Shown here: piece after piece, positions 1 through 10,694 of the stretch
How the letters are laid out: each line of letters starts with the position of its first letter
How positions within the stretch are numbered: the first letter of the stretch is position 1
From: Thecamonas trahens ATCC 50062
Lineage: Eukaryota; Protista; Apusomonadida
DNA: 64,000 nucleotides
Assembly (NCBI RefSeq): GCF_000142905.1
Contig: NW_013657679.1
Coordinates: 445,076 to 509,075, forward strand
Direction of reading: 5' to 3'
Notes under the pieces: generated by a model
The model's input: only the letters and a program-made list of their open reading frames with translations
What the model was told of the DNA's origin: nothing
Databases searched by the model: none
Position numbers and translations under genes: made by a program

Positions 1-853
1 CGACGGTGACGAGACCGTCAGAGCCGCCAGTCCGCTCGACGTAGACAGTGATGAGGCCGACGTTCTCGGCCACCACGGTCGACGCGGTCTGGAAGCCGAC
101 CGAGCCGGCGACCTGGTCCGACTTGGCGATGGTCACGAGGGCCTGTTTGGTGCCGACCAGCGCGCCGCCCTGAAAGTTGGAGAGCGAGATGCGGAACGAC
201 TCAGCCGGCTCGAAAACGGCGTCGTCGACAATGGGCACGGCGATGGCCTTGCCGCCAGACTCGCCGTGCGCCCACGAGAGCACGCCCGAAGCTGCAGTAA
301 AGTCCGACGGCGCAGTAGCGGTTCCGGCGAGGGTCTCGTAGGTGACCGAGACCGGGCCATCCGAGCCGCCGGTCCGCAGGACGAGCGCCGAGAGCGTATT
401 GCCCTCGACGACAGCGTATGACGAAAACTCGAGGCCGAGGGTGCCGGCGACCTGGTCCGAGGTGTCGATGGTCACGGTGGCGACGTTGGGCGCGTCAAGC
501 ACCACACCGCCGGTCGGGTTGGAGAGCGCAAGCGTAAAGGTCTCCTGGCCCTCAAAGACGGCGTCCTGGATGATGCCTACGTTGATGGTCTTGAACCCGC
601 CCTCGCCGTTGGCCCACGACAGTGTGCCCGAGGTAGCGTAGTAGTCAGCGCCAGCCGTCGCACTTCCGTCGGTGGTGGTATAGTCGATCGAGACGACACC
701 CGTCGAGCCGCCGAGCCGGATGACCTTAATGGCTGCGTTGGCCACGTCTTCGCTCACCGTCTGCGTCTCCGGGTCGAGCAGGACCCGTCCGGCCTGACCT
801 GCCGCGGCAACGGCAAGCGCCGCCAGCACCACCATCAGCAAGTGGGTGCGCAT
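1..853 (-). CDS. Secreted/surface Calx-beta repeat protein (3' end runs off window; absent from ORF track)
   Basis: Manual translation from ATG 853 gives MRTHLLMVVLAALAVAAAG (signal peptide), then tandem Calx-beta units: VIRLGGSTGVVSIDYTTTDGSATAGADYYATSGTLSWANGEGGFKTINVGIIQDAVFEGQETFTLALSNP, a second unit LRTGGSDGPVSVTYETLAGTATAPSDF...IVDDAVFEPAESF, and the start of a third. The frame is open to position 1. Confidence 0.9.
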   Translation of the reverse strand, partial: MRTHLLMVVLAALAVAAAGQAGRVLLDPETQTVSEDVANAAIKVIRLGGSTGVVSIDYTTTDGSATAGADYYATSGTLSWANGEGGFKTINVGIIQDAVFEGQETFTLALSNPTGGVVLDAPNVATVTIDTSDQVAGTLGLEFSSYAVVEGNTLSALVLRTGGSDGPVSVTYETLAGTATAPSDFTAASGVLSWAHGESGGKAIAVPIVDDAVFEPAESFRISLSNFQGGALVGTKQALVTIAKSDQVAGSVGFQTASTVVAENVGLITVYVERTGGSDGLVTV

Positions 854-1609
854 GGTGTAGCGAGCGTATGAGCGAGAGAGAAAGTCTTCCAAGGTACACC
901 CCTTGAGCTGTGTGAACGGTACGGAGAGGGGAGCGAAGAAGACGAGCGGTGAGGAGAGATGGAGAGAGAGAGACGGTGGTGGCCTCCACAAAGTGAAGAA
1001 CGTCCGATGGTGATGGCGGGCTCGCCGATGACCTGGCGCCCCCAGGGAGGAGCGGCGGCAGCAACAAAATTTTGTACAATGACAGCCGAGGCCATTGGGG
1101 TTTTGGTTTTGGCGGGCTCTTCTTGTTGGTGACGGTCGGCGGACAGGCGGGAGAACTGGGCGGGCCCGCACGGTGACCGGCCCTTGCCCCGAAAGGGAAC
1201 GGAGANNNNNNNNNNNNNNNNNNNNNNNNNNNNNNNNNNNNNNNNNNNNNNNNNNNNNNNNNNNNNNNNNNNNNNNNNNNNNNNNNNNNNNNNNNNNNNN
1301 NNNNNNNNNNNNNNNNNNNNNNNNNNNNNNNNNNNNNNNNNNNNNNNNNNNNNNNNNNNNNNNNNNNNNNNNNNNNNNNNNNNNNNNNNNNNNNNNNNNN
1401 NNNNNNNNNNNNNNNNNNNNNNNNNNNNNNNNNNNNNNNNNNNNNNNNNNNNNNNNNNNNNNNNNNNNNNNNNNNNNNNNNNNNNNNNNNNNNNNNNNNT
1501 GAACCGTACCTTCCTCCCTCTTCCCCCCCCTCCCCCCCCCCCCCCCCTCTCCTTCTCCCTGTATCCGTACCGTTCTCGGTTACAGCTCTCGTCTTTGTCT
1601 CTCCTAGCC

Positions 1610-3322
1610 ATGGCGTACCGACCTGGCTCGCGCATGGCGCCACCTGGGACGGCTGGCCTCCCGCCGGGCACGGGTGTGCTCCGACCGCCGTCGGGGATTG
1701 TTGCGCCGTCTGCGGTGCTGACGAACCGGCCGATGACGAACCAGGGGGTTAAGGGAGTGCGGCCGGTGACGCAGGGCTCCGGGCGCGCGTTCCAGGACAA
1801 GAACTGGTACATTGCCGAGGTGCGCGCCAAGACGCAGGCCATCACCGCCGAGCTGGCCAACCTCTCGAACGAGCTAGAGGCGTTCAACTCGTCGGCCGAG
1901 AACTATGGGGCGTACGAGCGCAAGGCCGACGGGCTTGCGTCGGAGCTCCGCGAGCTGCAGGGCGTGCTCGCTGACTACAACATGCTTGTGGACAAGATGC
2001 ACACCGATACCGGCATCAACCAGATTCTGGAGCAGACGGCGGCGGACAAGGCCAAGAACGATGAGGAGCGGTGGCGCATTGATGCCATGTTTACAGAGCG
2101 GCAGGCACGCGAGGAGCAGATCCGCACCGTGACGACCGAGATTGCATCGATCGAAGGCACCATCGAGGACGAGCTCAACCAGCTCGCGCCTGAGATGCTC
2201 GCCGAGTATCGCGAGGCGCAGGAGACCAACGACACACTGCTGGACACGATTGGCCGGTACCAGGCGGACCTCGAGTCTGGCGCATACCGGCTGCGGTCGA
2301 TGGAGGACGCGCTGCGGGCAAACCCGCTTAAGCAACAAGCGTTTGCGCTCTTTAACGAGCTCAACGACGCGCGAGCGCGGCGCGACGAGCTCGAGGCCGA
2401 TGCCCGTGACTCGCAGCTCTCGGGACCTGAGGAGCAGGAGCGACTGCTCAACAAGGTCAAGGCCGACACCTCGGAGATTGGCGCCATGAACCGGCGCATC
2501 GCCGCGCTCGAGGAGGAGATCTCACGCGGCCGCGAGCAGCTCGACTCGCTTGCGCGCGAGGAGGAGGCGCGGCAGTCGGACAAGTACGAAAAGTACCTGC
2601 AGATCCTGGCCAAGGAAGAGGCCATTCGCAAGTTCATCGAGGAGTTCCCTGAGGTCCAGGCGGCACTCGCGGAAGACATGGCCGCCCGCGAGACGGCCAT
2701 TGCCGAACTGCTCGAAACGATCGGCTCGGGCCTCGCGCGCCAGACCAACCTCCCGCAAGTCGAGCAAGTGCGCGAAAAGGAGGACCTTCTCGAGTTTCAG
2801 CGCGACCAGATGGGCCTTGCCGAGTCGACCCACGACAAGCTCATCCGTGACAAGGCCGAGCGCGAGCGCGACCTCAAGAAGCTCGACCAGCTTGACAAGA
2901 AAATCGAGCGCGACATTGCAGCGCTCCACAAGCGCATTCCGACCATGCGCGCCGAGCTTGTCAAGTACAACGACATCAAGAAGCTGCAGTCGGATGCCCG
3001 CAAGCTCGAGGCCTCGCTGAAGACCCAGCGACAGGAGCTCTCGCTTAAGCGCGAGCACCTCTCGGCCGAAGTCGGGCGGCTCGAGGGCAAACTCAACGAG
3101 CTCAAGGACGCGCTCGAGGCCGACGAGACCTACCGGGGCATCACCAACCTCCAGGCCAAGCTCGCCATCTACGAGCAGACCAATGCCGAGCTCCGGGACT
3201 ACATCGAGACTAAGGGACGCGAGTCCGACTACCGGGCCCGGCTCCGTGACGTCGGCGCAATCGTCGCCGACATCAACGCCATTCTTGTCGAGGGCACCAA
3301 GTACCGAGCACCTGTGCTGTAG
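1610..3322 (+). CDS. IFT74: Intraflagellar transport protein 74
   Basis: Basic RP-rich N-terminus (MAYRPGSRMAPPGTA...RPMTNQG...RPVTQG), then RAFQDKNWY and ELRELQGVLADYNMLVDK...IDAMFTERQARE, followed by a long coiled coil. 570 aa. Confidence 0.9.
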   Translation: MAYRPGSRMAPPGTAGLPPGTGVLRPPSGIVAPSAVLTNRPMTNQGVKGVRPVTQGSGRAFQDKNWYIAEVRAKTQAITAELANLSNELEAFNSSAENYGAYERKADGLASELRELQGVLADYNMLVDKMHTDTGINQILEQTAADKAKNDEERWRIDAMFTERQAREEQIRTVTTEIASIEGTIEDELNQLAPEMLAEYREAQETNDTLLDTIGRYQADLESGAYRLRSMEDALRANPLKQQAFALFNELNDARARRDELEADARDSQLSGPEEQERLLNKVKADTSEIGAMNRRIAALEEEISRGREQLDSLAREEEARQSDKYEKYLQILAKEEAIRKFIEEFPEVQAALAEDMAARETAIAELLETIGSGLARQTNLPQVEQVREKEDLLEFQRDQMGLAESTHDKLIRDKAERERDLKKLDQLDKKIERDIAALHKRIPTMRAELVKYNDIKKLQSDARKLEASLKTQRQELSLKREHLSAEVGRLEGKLNELKDALEADETYRGITNLQAKLAIYEQTNAELRDYIETKGRESDYRARLRDVGAIVADINAILVEGTKYRAPVL

Positions 3323-3333
3323 CTAGCTACTGC

Positions 3334-3401
3334 ACGCCACCTCGGGCACGCTGTTGTGGGGCCACAGCGAGGGCGGGTTCAACACCGTCAACGTCGGCAT
3401 G
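3334..3401 (+). pseudogene. Degenerate ~68-bp inverted copy of Calx-beta coding sequence (573-641)
   Basis: Reads ATSGTLLWGHSEGGFNTVNVGM versus ATSGTLSWANGEGGFKTINVGI in the Calx-beta gene; gap-free codon alignment. Confidence 0.7.
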
Positions 3402-3502
3402 AGCCCCCCCCCCCCCCCCCCCCCGACCAGCCTGAGCAGATTGTAAAACGGTTTGCCGTCAACCCAGACTCGACTCCAGGCTCGACTTTGAGGAACCAGC
3501 CA

Positions 3503-3979
3503 ATGGCCGCCAACAGCCCCGACTCTGCCGCGTCCGGCCCGGGCGGAGGAACCACGTCGCCAGAGGAGCAGGTGTTTATGTTTGCCAAGCGCGGGCTCGT
3601 CGACGATGTCGAGGGCATTGTGGCAGCGACGGGCGTTGACGCCGTCGCTGCCACCGACGCCCTCGGCAACACCTGCCTGCACTACGCGGCGCAGGGTGGA
3701 CACACAGCAACGGTCGAGTGGCTGCTGGCTGCCGGAGCCGACCCTAATGCACCTAACGTGTCGGGTGACTCGCCGCTGCACAAGGCGGCATGGGGTGGTC
3801 ATGCTGCTGCCGCTGCTGTCCTGCTCGCCGCAGGTGCCGACCGCTACCTGGCTAACGCCGACGGCGAGTCGCCGGTCAAGCTCGCTGCCGGCAAGCCGTC
3901 GGCCGATGTGCTGGAGGAGCAGCTAGTGGTGGAAGACGGGGACGACGACGATGACGAAGCGTACTCGGACTCGGACTGA
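3503..3979 (+). CDS. Small ankyrin-repeat protein with acidic C-terminus
   Basis: DALGNTCLHYAAQGGH, NVSGDSPLHKAAWGGH and NADGESPV repeats; ends EDGDDDDDEAYSDSD (resembles the ANK half of OSTF1 but has no SH3). Confidence 0.85.
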   Translation: MAANSPDSAASGPGGGTTSPEEQVFMFAKRGLVDDVEGIVAATGVDAVAATDALGNTCLHYAAQGGHTATVEWLLAAGADPNAPNVSGDSPLHKAAWGGHAAAAAVLLAAGADRYLANADGESPVKLAAGKPSADVLEEQLVVEDGDDDDDEAYSDSD

Positions 3980-4046
3980 GCGGTTTATCCGCCTGGATGA
4001 TCATCCATCATAAACACAGCCGTGCTGGCAGAGTTGGTAGGCGCGG

Positions 4047-5369
4047 CTAGGCTGACTCGGGCGGGCCGTCGTGGTCGTCGGTGGTGTGTGACTTGCGGTG
4101 GCGGCGCTTCTTCTTGCGCTTGGCGGCGTGGGCCTGGCCGAGCGAGTACTGGGCCATGGCAGTGGAAATGAGCTGGCCGTCGACGAGCTGGTGCTCGAGC
4201 GAGGGCCGGCGTGCGGCCGTGGCGCGGGTGGTCAGGAGCTGGTGCTCGAGGTCGCGGATGCGGATGGTGGCATCGAGGTAGAGCTCCTTGAGCATGGCGG
4301 CGACTGACGACGTCTCTTCGGCAGCAATCGAGTCGACTTGCCCACGAGCGGCCTTTTGGAGGAGGCTGATGCTGCCCTGGCGCAACTCGGCGATGCGGAG
4401 CTCGAGGTCACCGACGTCGAGCTCGGCGGTTGTAGCCCGGACCCGCGCGGCGTCGACAGCAGCGGTAGCAGTTCCCAGCCTTTGCTTCAGGTCCGAGACC
4501 TCGCGGCGAGCGTCGAGATAGGCGTCACGGAGGGCACCGATCTGGACGTGAAGCTTGTCGAGCTCGGCAGTGTGGGCGGCGGATGTCACCTGGGTCCTGT
4601 TGGCTGCGTCCAGCAGGGCCTCTTTCATCTGGGCCATCTGGGGACGGCACTGGTACCTCGCGAGAGTCTCTTGCAAGACTTGAATGCGCTCCTTGCTCGC
4701 AGCGAGCTCGCGGCGGAGGCCAGGTACAAGATCGCCGTCAGCGGCGGTCGAGCGCACAGGCGAGCGGTGAGCAGGACGTGCGGGAGACGAGCGGGCGCGT
4801 GACGAGAGCCGAGTAGCCAGCCGCGACAAGCGAGCCACGTGCTCTTTGAGCGAGATGCCCAGCTCAGCCGCTGTGTCAACGGCGTCACTACCGGGCTCGG
4901 TTGCGCGTGCGGCGCCGAGCGCGGCCGACAGCGCATCAGTGTCGGCCACCAGCGCCGCCTGGATGCTCTCCAGCTCTGAAGCGAGGACGGCAAGTGGCGT
5001 CGATGGTGGCACTGGCGAGTGCGATGCGCCGCGGAGGCCCGGATCGGCCAGCTGGGCTGTCGAAGCAGAGAGCGCGCGGGTGTACTCGCCGATGGCCTCG
5101 GCGAGCTGCAGCGAGGCCGAGAGGTTGGTGGCCGACTCGCCGGACGCGGCCGAGACGCGCGAGAGATTGAGCTCGGGCGACGAGTAGGTCGAGGCTGCGG
5201 CGGTCGCTGAGAGGTGGTGCGCCGCAGCCGAGAAGCTGCGGCGCGGCGGCGAGGGAGTGGCAGGGGCGTGGGTGTGGGCGTGGGTGCGGGCGTGGGGAAC
5301 AGTACCGGTCGCCGACGGCTGGCGCCACAGGAGGGCCATTTCGGCGCCGTATGACAGATGCGGCTCCAT
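4047..5369 (-). CDS. Hypothetical coiled-coil protein with basic C-terminal patch
   Basis: Long open frame with heptad-rich segments and KRKKKRRHRK. Start is ATG 5369 or 5339; upstream ORF extension overlaps the S10 gene and is not real. Confidence 0.65.
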   Translation of the reverse strand: MEPHLSYGAEMALLWRQPSATGTVPHARTHAHTHAPATPSPPRRSFSAAAHHLSATAAASTYSSPELNLSRVSAASGESATNLSASLQLAEAIGEYTRALSASTAQLADPGLRGASHSPVPPSTPLAVLASELESIQAALVADTDALSAALGAARATEPGSDAVDTAAELGISLKEHVARLSRLATRLSSRARSSPARPAHRSPVRSTAADGDLVPGLRRELAASKERIQVLQETLARYQCRPQMAQMKEALLDAANRTQVTSAAHTAELDKLHVQIGALRDAYLDARREVSDLKQRLGTATAAVDAARVRATTAELDVGDLELRIAELRQGSISLLQKAARGQVDSIAAEETSSVAAMLKELYLDATIRIRDLEHQLLTTRATAARRPSLEHQLVDGQLISTAMAQYSLGQAHAAKRKKKRRHRKSHTTDDHDGPPESA

Positions 5370-5548
5370 AGGGTGGGGTGGGGTGGGGTGGGGGGTGGGG
5401 GGGGGTGGGGTGGGGTGGGGTGGGGTGGGGGGTGGGGGGTGGGGTGGAGTAGAGGTGGGTGGCAGTGGTCGTAGGTGACATGGGCGAAGACGAAAACTGG
5501 AGTGAGTTTGATGATGATGGCAGGGGGGGGGGGGGGAGGGTGAAGCGC

Positions 5549-7228
5549 TTAGAGGGCTGACTTGACAAAGTCGGTGATCATCTTGAGGGCGGCGTACGGC
5601 TTGTAGCTCGGAACCGGGTGGCCGGCGCCGTTGATGGACTTGAAGGTAAAGCCGTTGGCGGCATAGTTGATCTCGTAGCCACCGACCTGGGTGCCTGAGC
5701 CAGGCTCCTCGTAGGTCCACGGGTGCCACGGAGTCTCGACCGGGTAGCCGAGCGAGGCAGTCCACTCCTGGGTGCCAGTGTTGGGCACGCAGGCGTCCAC
5801 GTTGCCTGAGTAGATGAGAACCTTGATGGCGGAGATCATGGCCGGGTAGCGCGGGAGGAGCGACTTGGTGTTGGCAGTGTAGGGGATGTTGGAGCAAATG
5901 GCCCAGGTGATGTCCGAGTTGACGTTGATGGCCTTCTTGACCGCCGGGTCGTTGAGATACCGCGAGGCCTGGGCCGAGTCGATGCACTCGTCGGGCCCGC
6001 CGAGCTGGGTCAGCGGGTGGCCAGACCCGGAGGTCATCTTGGCGTTGCTCAGCACCGAGCCGACGCACGGAGTGTAGATGCCGTAGATGTTGATGTCACC
6101 GATCTCGTTGGAGATGGCCTGGAGAATGCCCGGGCACGCCGGGTTGGTCGACGCCGGGTTGGTGCACCCGTTTGCCGTCAGGTTGGCGTACGAAGTCGGC
6201 GAGAACAGATCGTGCGCGTAGAGGAAGTCCAGGTGGATGCCGAGCCCGTTGGCTGAGCAAGCGCCGACCTCCGAGCCGATGCATCCGTTGCCGACGGCCA
6301 TGCCCTTGAGGTTGAGGTTCGTCGTCCCGGCCTTGTTCGAGGCAAGGATCTGCTCGACGAGCGTCGGGACGTAGATGCCGGCCTGTTGCGTTGAGGAGAT
6401 GGTGAGTGGCAGAGGAGGGACAAGTGAGGGGAGGTGGGCATGGAGCAACGTACGTAGGACTCGCCAGAGATAAACAGCGGGTTATGCTGGTACTCGGGGA
6501 AGTACTGGAGGAACATGAGGAGCGCAGCGTGGTTGTCCTCGGCAGTCTGGGTGTCGTTGAGCGGCAGGTTCTTGATGTCGGTGTAGGAGAAGCCGACGCC
6601 GACGGGTGCCTCAATGAACAGCATGTGGGCAAACGAGTTCCAGCGGCCGACGTTGTCGACGAGCGCGCCCTTGACCGGCGCGCCGGACGAGCCCGGTGCA
6701 AAGCGGAACGGCCCCTGCTCGTAGAAGAAGCCATCCATTGACGAGCAGCCGGGGCCTGTGTGGTCCCACCATGTCCGATCACGTCCCGGTCCGCACCACA
6801 AACAATGCCGCGAGACCAGCCACACCAAAGCATCGAGACCAGCACCCCTCAGGTAAGTCGACCTTGACACCAGTGATATATGACGTGAGGGCGGCACGCA
6901 CATGCGAGGGACAGAGCACGTGATCTAGGCCGCGTCCGCCGCGCCGCCGCCCACAGTCCCTCCCGCCCTACTCCCTCCCCTCCCTTCATCCCCCCTTCGA
7001 CGTACCACCGTTGAACCAGAGGACAAGCGGGGCGTTGGGACCGGCCTCAGACTCGACAAACCAGTAGTGCATGTGCTTCTGCGGGGTGATGTCGAGGTAG
7101 CCCGAGTACTGAGCCGTCGGCGGCTTGCCGTAGCCCGGCACCTCGGCAAGGAGGTCCTGGTTCCGCGCAGCAAGCGCAGACACCGCAAGCATGGCCATGA
7201 CGGCCAAGCCAAGCGAGTACTTGATCAT
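5549..7228 (-). CDS. Serine carboxypeptidase S10 (cathepsin A/CPY-like), 3 exons
   Basis: Exons 7228-7006, 6755-6454 and 6382-5549 with GTACGT...CAG introns rebuild the motifs [14 protein letters not shown] and ISGESYAGIYVP (catalytic Ser). Also [10 protein letters not shown] (Asp), GAGHPVP (His) and a signal peptide. Confidence 0.93.
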
Positions 7229-7346
7229 GGTGGTGATAAAGATTCAATGAGAGATGAGTGTGTCAAGGCTACGTGCCCGGCGCTCCGGGGGTTGAGGGCA
7301 GGCCGAGGGCGGCGAGCGGCTGGCGACAGGCGGCAGGCCGGGCGAC

Positions 7347-9614
7347 TCAAGCGGCGCCCAACCCCGGGTCCATGCCCATGTCGTCGAGATCGACGTACGG
7401 CTGGCGACCAAAGCGCGGGAGGTAGAGTCGCTTGTAGACGAAGAAGCCGGTGGCAACAAAGATGCCGACGCCGAGCAACGAGCCAAGGACTATGGCGGCG
7501 GTCTTGTTCTCGGACGAGACGCCGCGGCCGTGGTCCGACGGCGGCGTGAGCGACGGGTCCATGAACGTGGCGGTGGCGGTGACCTTGCGAGCGGCAAGCT
7601 CGATCTGGGCCTGCGCCACATCCACTTGGCCGCGGTAGATCGAGTCGTGGACGCCGGCAAAGACGTCGGCGCCGTAGCCGAGGACCAGGCCGGGCGCTTG
7701 GATGGCGTGACGGTAGTAGGGGCGGCCCGGGATGCCCTCGGGAATGACAAACTCTCTCTCCAAGAGGCGAAGCTTGTTGTTGAGGGCGGCAAGGCGGGGC
7801 GGCGGAGCAGCATCGCCAAGGGTGGCGAGTGCATCGAGCTCGGCCATGAGGGTGGCTGATCCGGTGGCAAAGGTGTCGAGCGCGGTGCGGAGCGAGGTAA
7901 AGTCGAGGCGTTCGTCGACGCCGCGGACCCGGGCATAGTCGACTACCGAGTCGACGTACGACGGGAGGCGGTCCGCGTAGGTGGTGAGGTTGAACGGGAT
8001 GATTTGTTGACTCGCCATGCGCATGGCGAGAAGGCCAAAGATCTCCGCCATGGTCTTGTGGAGCTCAAAGTCCGGATCGCCAAACATCTCCATCCACTCG
8101 AAGCAGTCGTAGGCGGAGTGGTAGACGCCGTACTTGCCGGAGAACCCAAGGTCACTCGCCGGCACGCCAAAGTGCTGCAGGAACGCAGTGTAGTCACTTC
8201 CGGAGCCGAGGACACCGTACTGGTTTGACCAGGTGTCGGCGACAGGCTTGGCCTCGCCGGGGTGGTCGACCACACGCAGAACCGAGGAGACGACCGACTC
8301 GAGTGACGGCGTCGCCGACGCACCAAACTGCGGGCCAGAGACTGCGGTGTCGAGATTGAGGACAGCAACCATGTTAGCGCGTTCCGCGGGAGTGAGCGAC
8401 TCGGCGTAGGCAACCGAGCCGAGGAGGCCGTACTCTTCGCCGCCCCACGAGCCGAAGCGGATGGTACGGAGCGGGCGCCAGCCGTCGGCGGCGAGCTTGC
8501 CGAACGCACGAGCAACCTCGAGCATGACGGCCGAGCCCGAGTTGGGGTCAACGCCACCAAAGACCCATGCATCACGGTGGTTCGAGAGCAGGATGACCGA
8601 GTCGGCCTCGGGCCCAGAGCCGCGGAGCTCGCCGATGACCGACGGCATGGGCCGGACGTCCCAGGCGACGTCGACAGCGAGCGCGACGGTGACCGGCGCG
8701 CTGGGCGAGCCGACATGGTACGTAAAGTTGAGCCCACCTTGCCAGCCACCGCCAAAGACGTCGACCGAGAGCCCAGCGAGCTGGCTCAGAAAGTGCCGCG
8801 CGTCACCGTACGAGATCGGGAGGACCGGGATGTCGGGAGTAAGCTTGCCTTGGAATGGACCGTCGCCGGCGCCCGGGCCGAGGCACGTCTCCAGCCTGCG
8901 CGGATCGCCTGGGCAGATGTTGAGATACTGTACACTCCCGCGCTGGAGCGAGTACTCGGGCCGCCACGGGCCGTCGGGGAAGACTGGGCCACGAACATAG
9001 CCGTCCTGCTGCGGATCCGAGTAGAGGACAAGCGCCTTGCACCCGTTGTCGGACGCGAGCTGTGCCTTGGTCCCGCGGAAGAGCTCGCCGTAGCGGGCGA
9101 TGCAGATCTTGCCGTCGGTAGAGACGCCCTGCTCGGCCAGAGCCACAAAGTCCTCGGCGAGAGCAAAGTTGACATACACCAGCTCGCCCTCGACGTTGCC
9201 CGCCGGCGAGTACCCGTTGAACGCCGGGAGGATGCCGGTCTCGTTGGTCGAGGCAATGCCCGGAATGGCCGGCTCCACCAGCTTGGCCTCGTACGGCTGC
9301 GGTGAGACGACGCGGAGGCTCTGTGAGACCGGAACGGTGATGACGGCGTCCGAGGTGAAGATCTCGGCCTCTAGCCCTGCAGCCCGCATCTCATCGCGGG
9401 TAAACTCGGCCAGCTCCTGCTCGCGCGTGGTGCCAGCCGAGTGCGGGCGCGCGGTGTATGTCCGCAGCGCCTCGCGACAGCCGTCAGGAGTCGGCTCTGC
9501 CCGGAACGCCACCTCCCAGGCAGTTGCCCAGGGCGGCGGAGGCGGGTCGGCAGCGGTTGCTGCCGCGGCGACCACGACCAGAACCAGCAGTGTGGTGGGG
9601 ATGAGGGTGTGCAT
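7347..9614 (-). CDS. Glutamate carboxypeptidase II/NAALADase-like M28B peptidase (PA + M28 + TfR-dimer domains)
   Basis: RPHSAGT, FNGYSPAG, RYGELFRG, QRGSV, NHRDAW, DPNSG, WGGEEYG, LNLD, GSGSDY and YHS zinc/catalytic motifs. N-terminal signal peptide and C-terminal TM helix. Confidence 0.92.
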   Translation of the reverse strand: MHTLIPTTLLVLVVVAAAATAADPPPPPWATAWEVAFRAEPTPDGCREALRTYTARPHSAGTTREQELAEFTRDEMRAAGLEAEIFTSDAVITVPVSQSLRVVSPQPYEAKLVEPAIPGIASTNETGILPAFNGYSPAGNVEGELVYVNFALAEDFVALAEQGVSTDGKICIARYGELFRGTKAQLASDNGCKALVLYSDPQQDGYVRGPVFPDGPWRPEYSLQRGSVQYLNICPGDPRRLETCLGPGAGDGPFQGKLTPDIPVLPISYGDARHFLSQLAGLSVDVFGGGWQGGLNFTYHVGSPSAPVTVALAVDVAWDVRPMPSVIGELRGSGPEADSVILLSNHRDAWVFGGVDPNSGSAVMLEVARAFGKLAADGWRPLRTIRFGSWGGEEYGLLGSVAYAESLTPAERANMVAVLNLDTAVSGPQFGASATPSLESVVSSVLRVVDHPGEAKPVADTWSNQYGVLGSGSDYTAFLQHFGVPASDLGFSGKYGVYHSAYDCFEWMEMFGDPDFELHKTMAEIFGLLAMRMASQQIIPFNLTTYADRLPSYVDSVVDYARVRGVDERLDFTSLRTALDTFATGSATLMAELDALATLGDAAPPPRLAALNNKLRLLEREFVIPEGIPGRPYYRHAIQAPGLVLGYGADVFAGVHDSIYRGQVDVAQAQIELAARKVTATATFMDPSLTPPSDHGRGVSSENKTAAIVLGSLLGVGIFVATGFFVYKRLYLPRFGRQPYVDLDDMGMDPGLGAA

Positions 9615-10036
9615 GACGAGTGGGGTGGGTGGCTCAGGAGATGACTCTGGGGGGGGGCGCACGTGACGCCTGCCTGACACCGGGCCAACCGGCGATAGAG
9701 AGGAGGAGATGGAGGGATGGAGGGATGGAGGGGAGGGGGGGGGGGAGGCGTATGACGAGCAGAGAGAGTATGTGCCGTGTCATGTGATCATCGTATCGAC
9801 ACCCGTGTCTGCCGGCAGGTAGCTCGCCCAGCTGGGATCAGGTCGTCGTCCACCAGCACCCCACCGGGCTGGGCCAGCCTTGCCTCAGCCCACCCGTCCC
9901 GCGCCTCGGTCTCCCACCTGCACACACACACACACACTCTCTCTCCCACACCTCTCTTTCTCTCCCCCCCCCCCTCCACACACACACATACTCCTACCCC
10001 TTCTCTTTCCCTTCCTCAATCCATACACCGGAGAGT

Positions 10037-10456
10037 ATGCTGCTGCGGAGGACAGGCACATGGCTGGCGGGCAGCGGGCGGCGGGCACTGAGCGCGTCAC
10101 GTCCCGAGGTGACCGCCGAGGCAAGGGACTCGCTTGAGGGAAGGACAGGCATTCCGGCGGATGCATGGGTCGACGGCGCAGGGCCGGCAGAAGGCGGCGG
10201 TGGGCCCGAGGTTCACATCGGCTCCAAGATCGTCGGCTACCCCATCTTGGCCTTTATCCTCGGCTCGTTTGCCTACACCGGCTACCGCATCGCCACGGGA
10301 ACCAACGAGCCGTGGACCGACGATGACTTCCGCCTGCCCACCCACGTCGAGATCGAGGCCAAATCTGCTGCCATGCGTGCCGAGATCCAGGCCTCCATCG
10401 ACGCCGCCGCCGCCGCCAAGACATCGCCGCCGGCGTCGGACGCGTCGCAATCATGA
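10037..10456 (+). CDS. Small single-pass membrane protein, probably mitochondrial
   Basis: Arg-rich presequence-like N-terminus (MLLRRTGTWLAGSGRRALSAS) and one hydrophobic helix (IVGYPILAFILGSFAYTGY). Confidence 0.65.
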   Translation: MLLRRTGTWLAGSGRRALSASRPEVTAEARDSLEGRTGIPADAWVDGAGPAEGGGGPEVHIGSKIVGYPILAFILGSFAYTGYRIATGTNEPWTDDDFRLPTHVEIEAKSAAMRAEIQASIDAAAAAKTSPPASDASQS

Positions 10457-10694
10457 CCGTCCCACCCTCACCCACCTTTGCCTTAAACCCACTTTGGATG
10501 CCTCGCCCAAGCCATTACCCGGGCCATGGCCCAAGCCATGGCCCCATGTGATGAACTGCCCAGGGCTTCCATCAGTGCGACACGCCACCAGTCGCCAGCC
10601 GCCAGTCGCTCCTTTCCCCGCTGCCCGACGGCGACCTCCTCTTCCTCTTCACGCAACTCCCCCCCCCCTCCCCCTCCCCCTCCTCCTCCCCGCT

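Noticed and set aside
835-1887. ORF-track entries spanning N gaps
   Set aside because: They are artefacts of Ns lacking stop codons; the same applies near 41886, 51473, 54865 and 60762.
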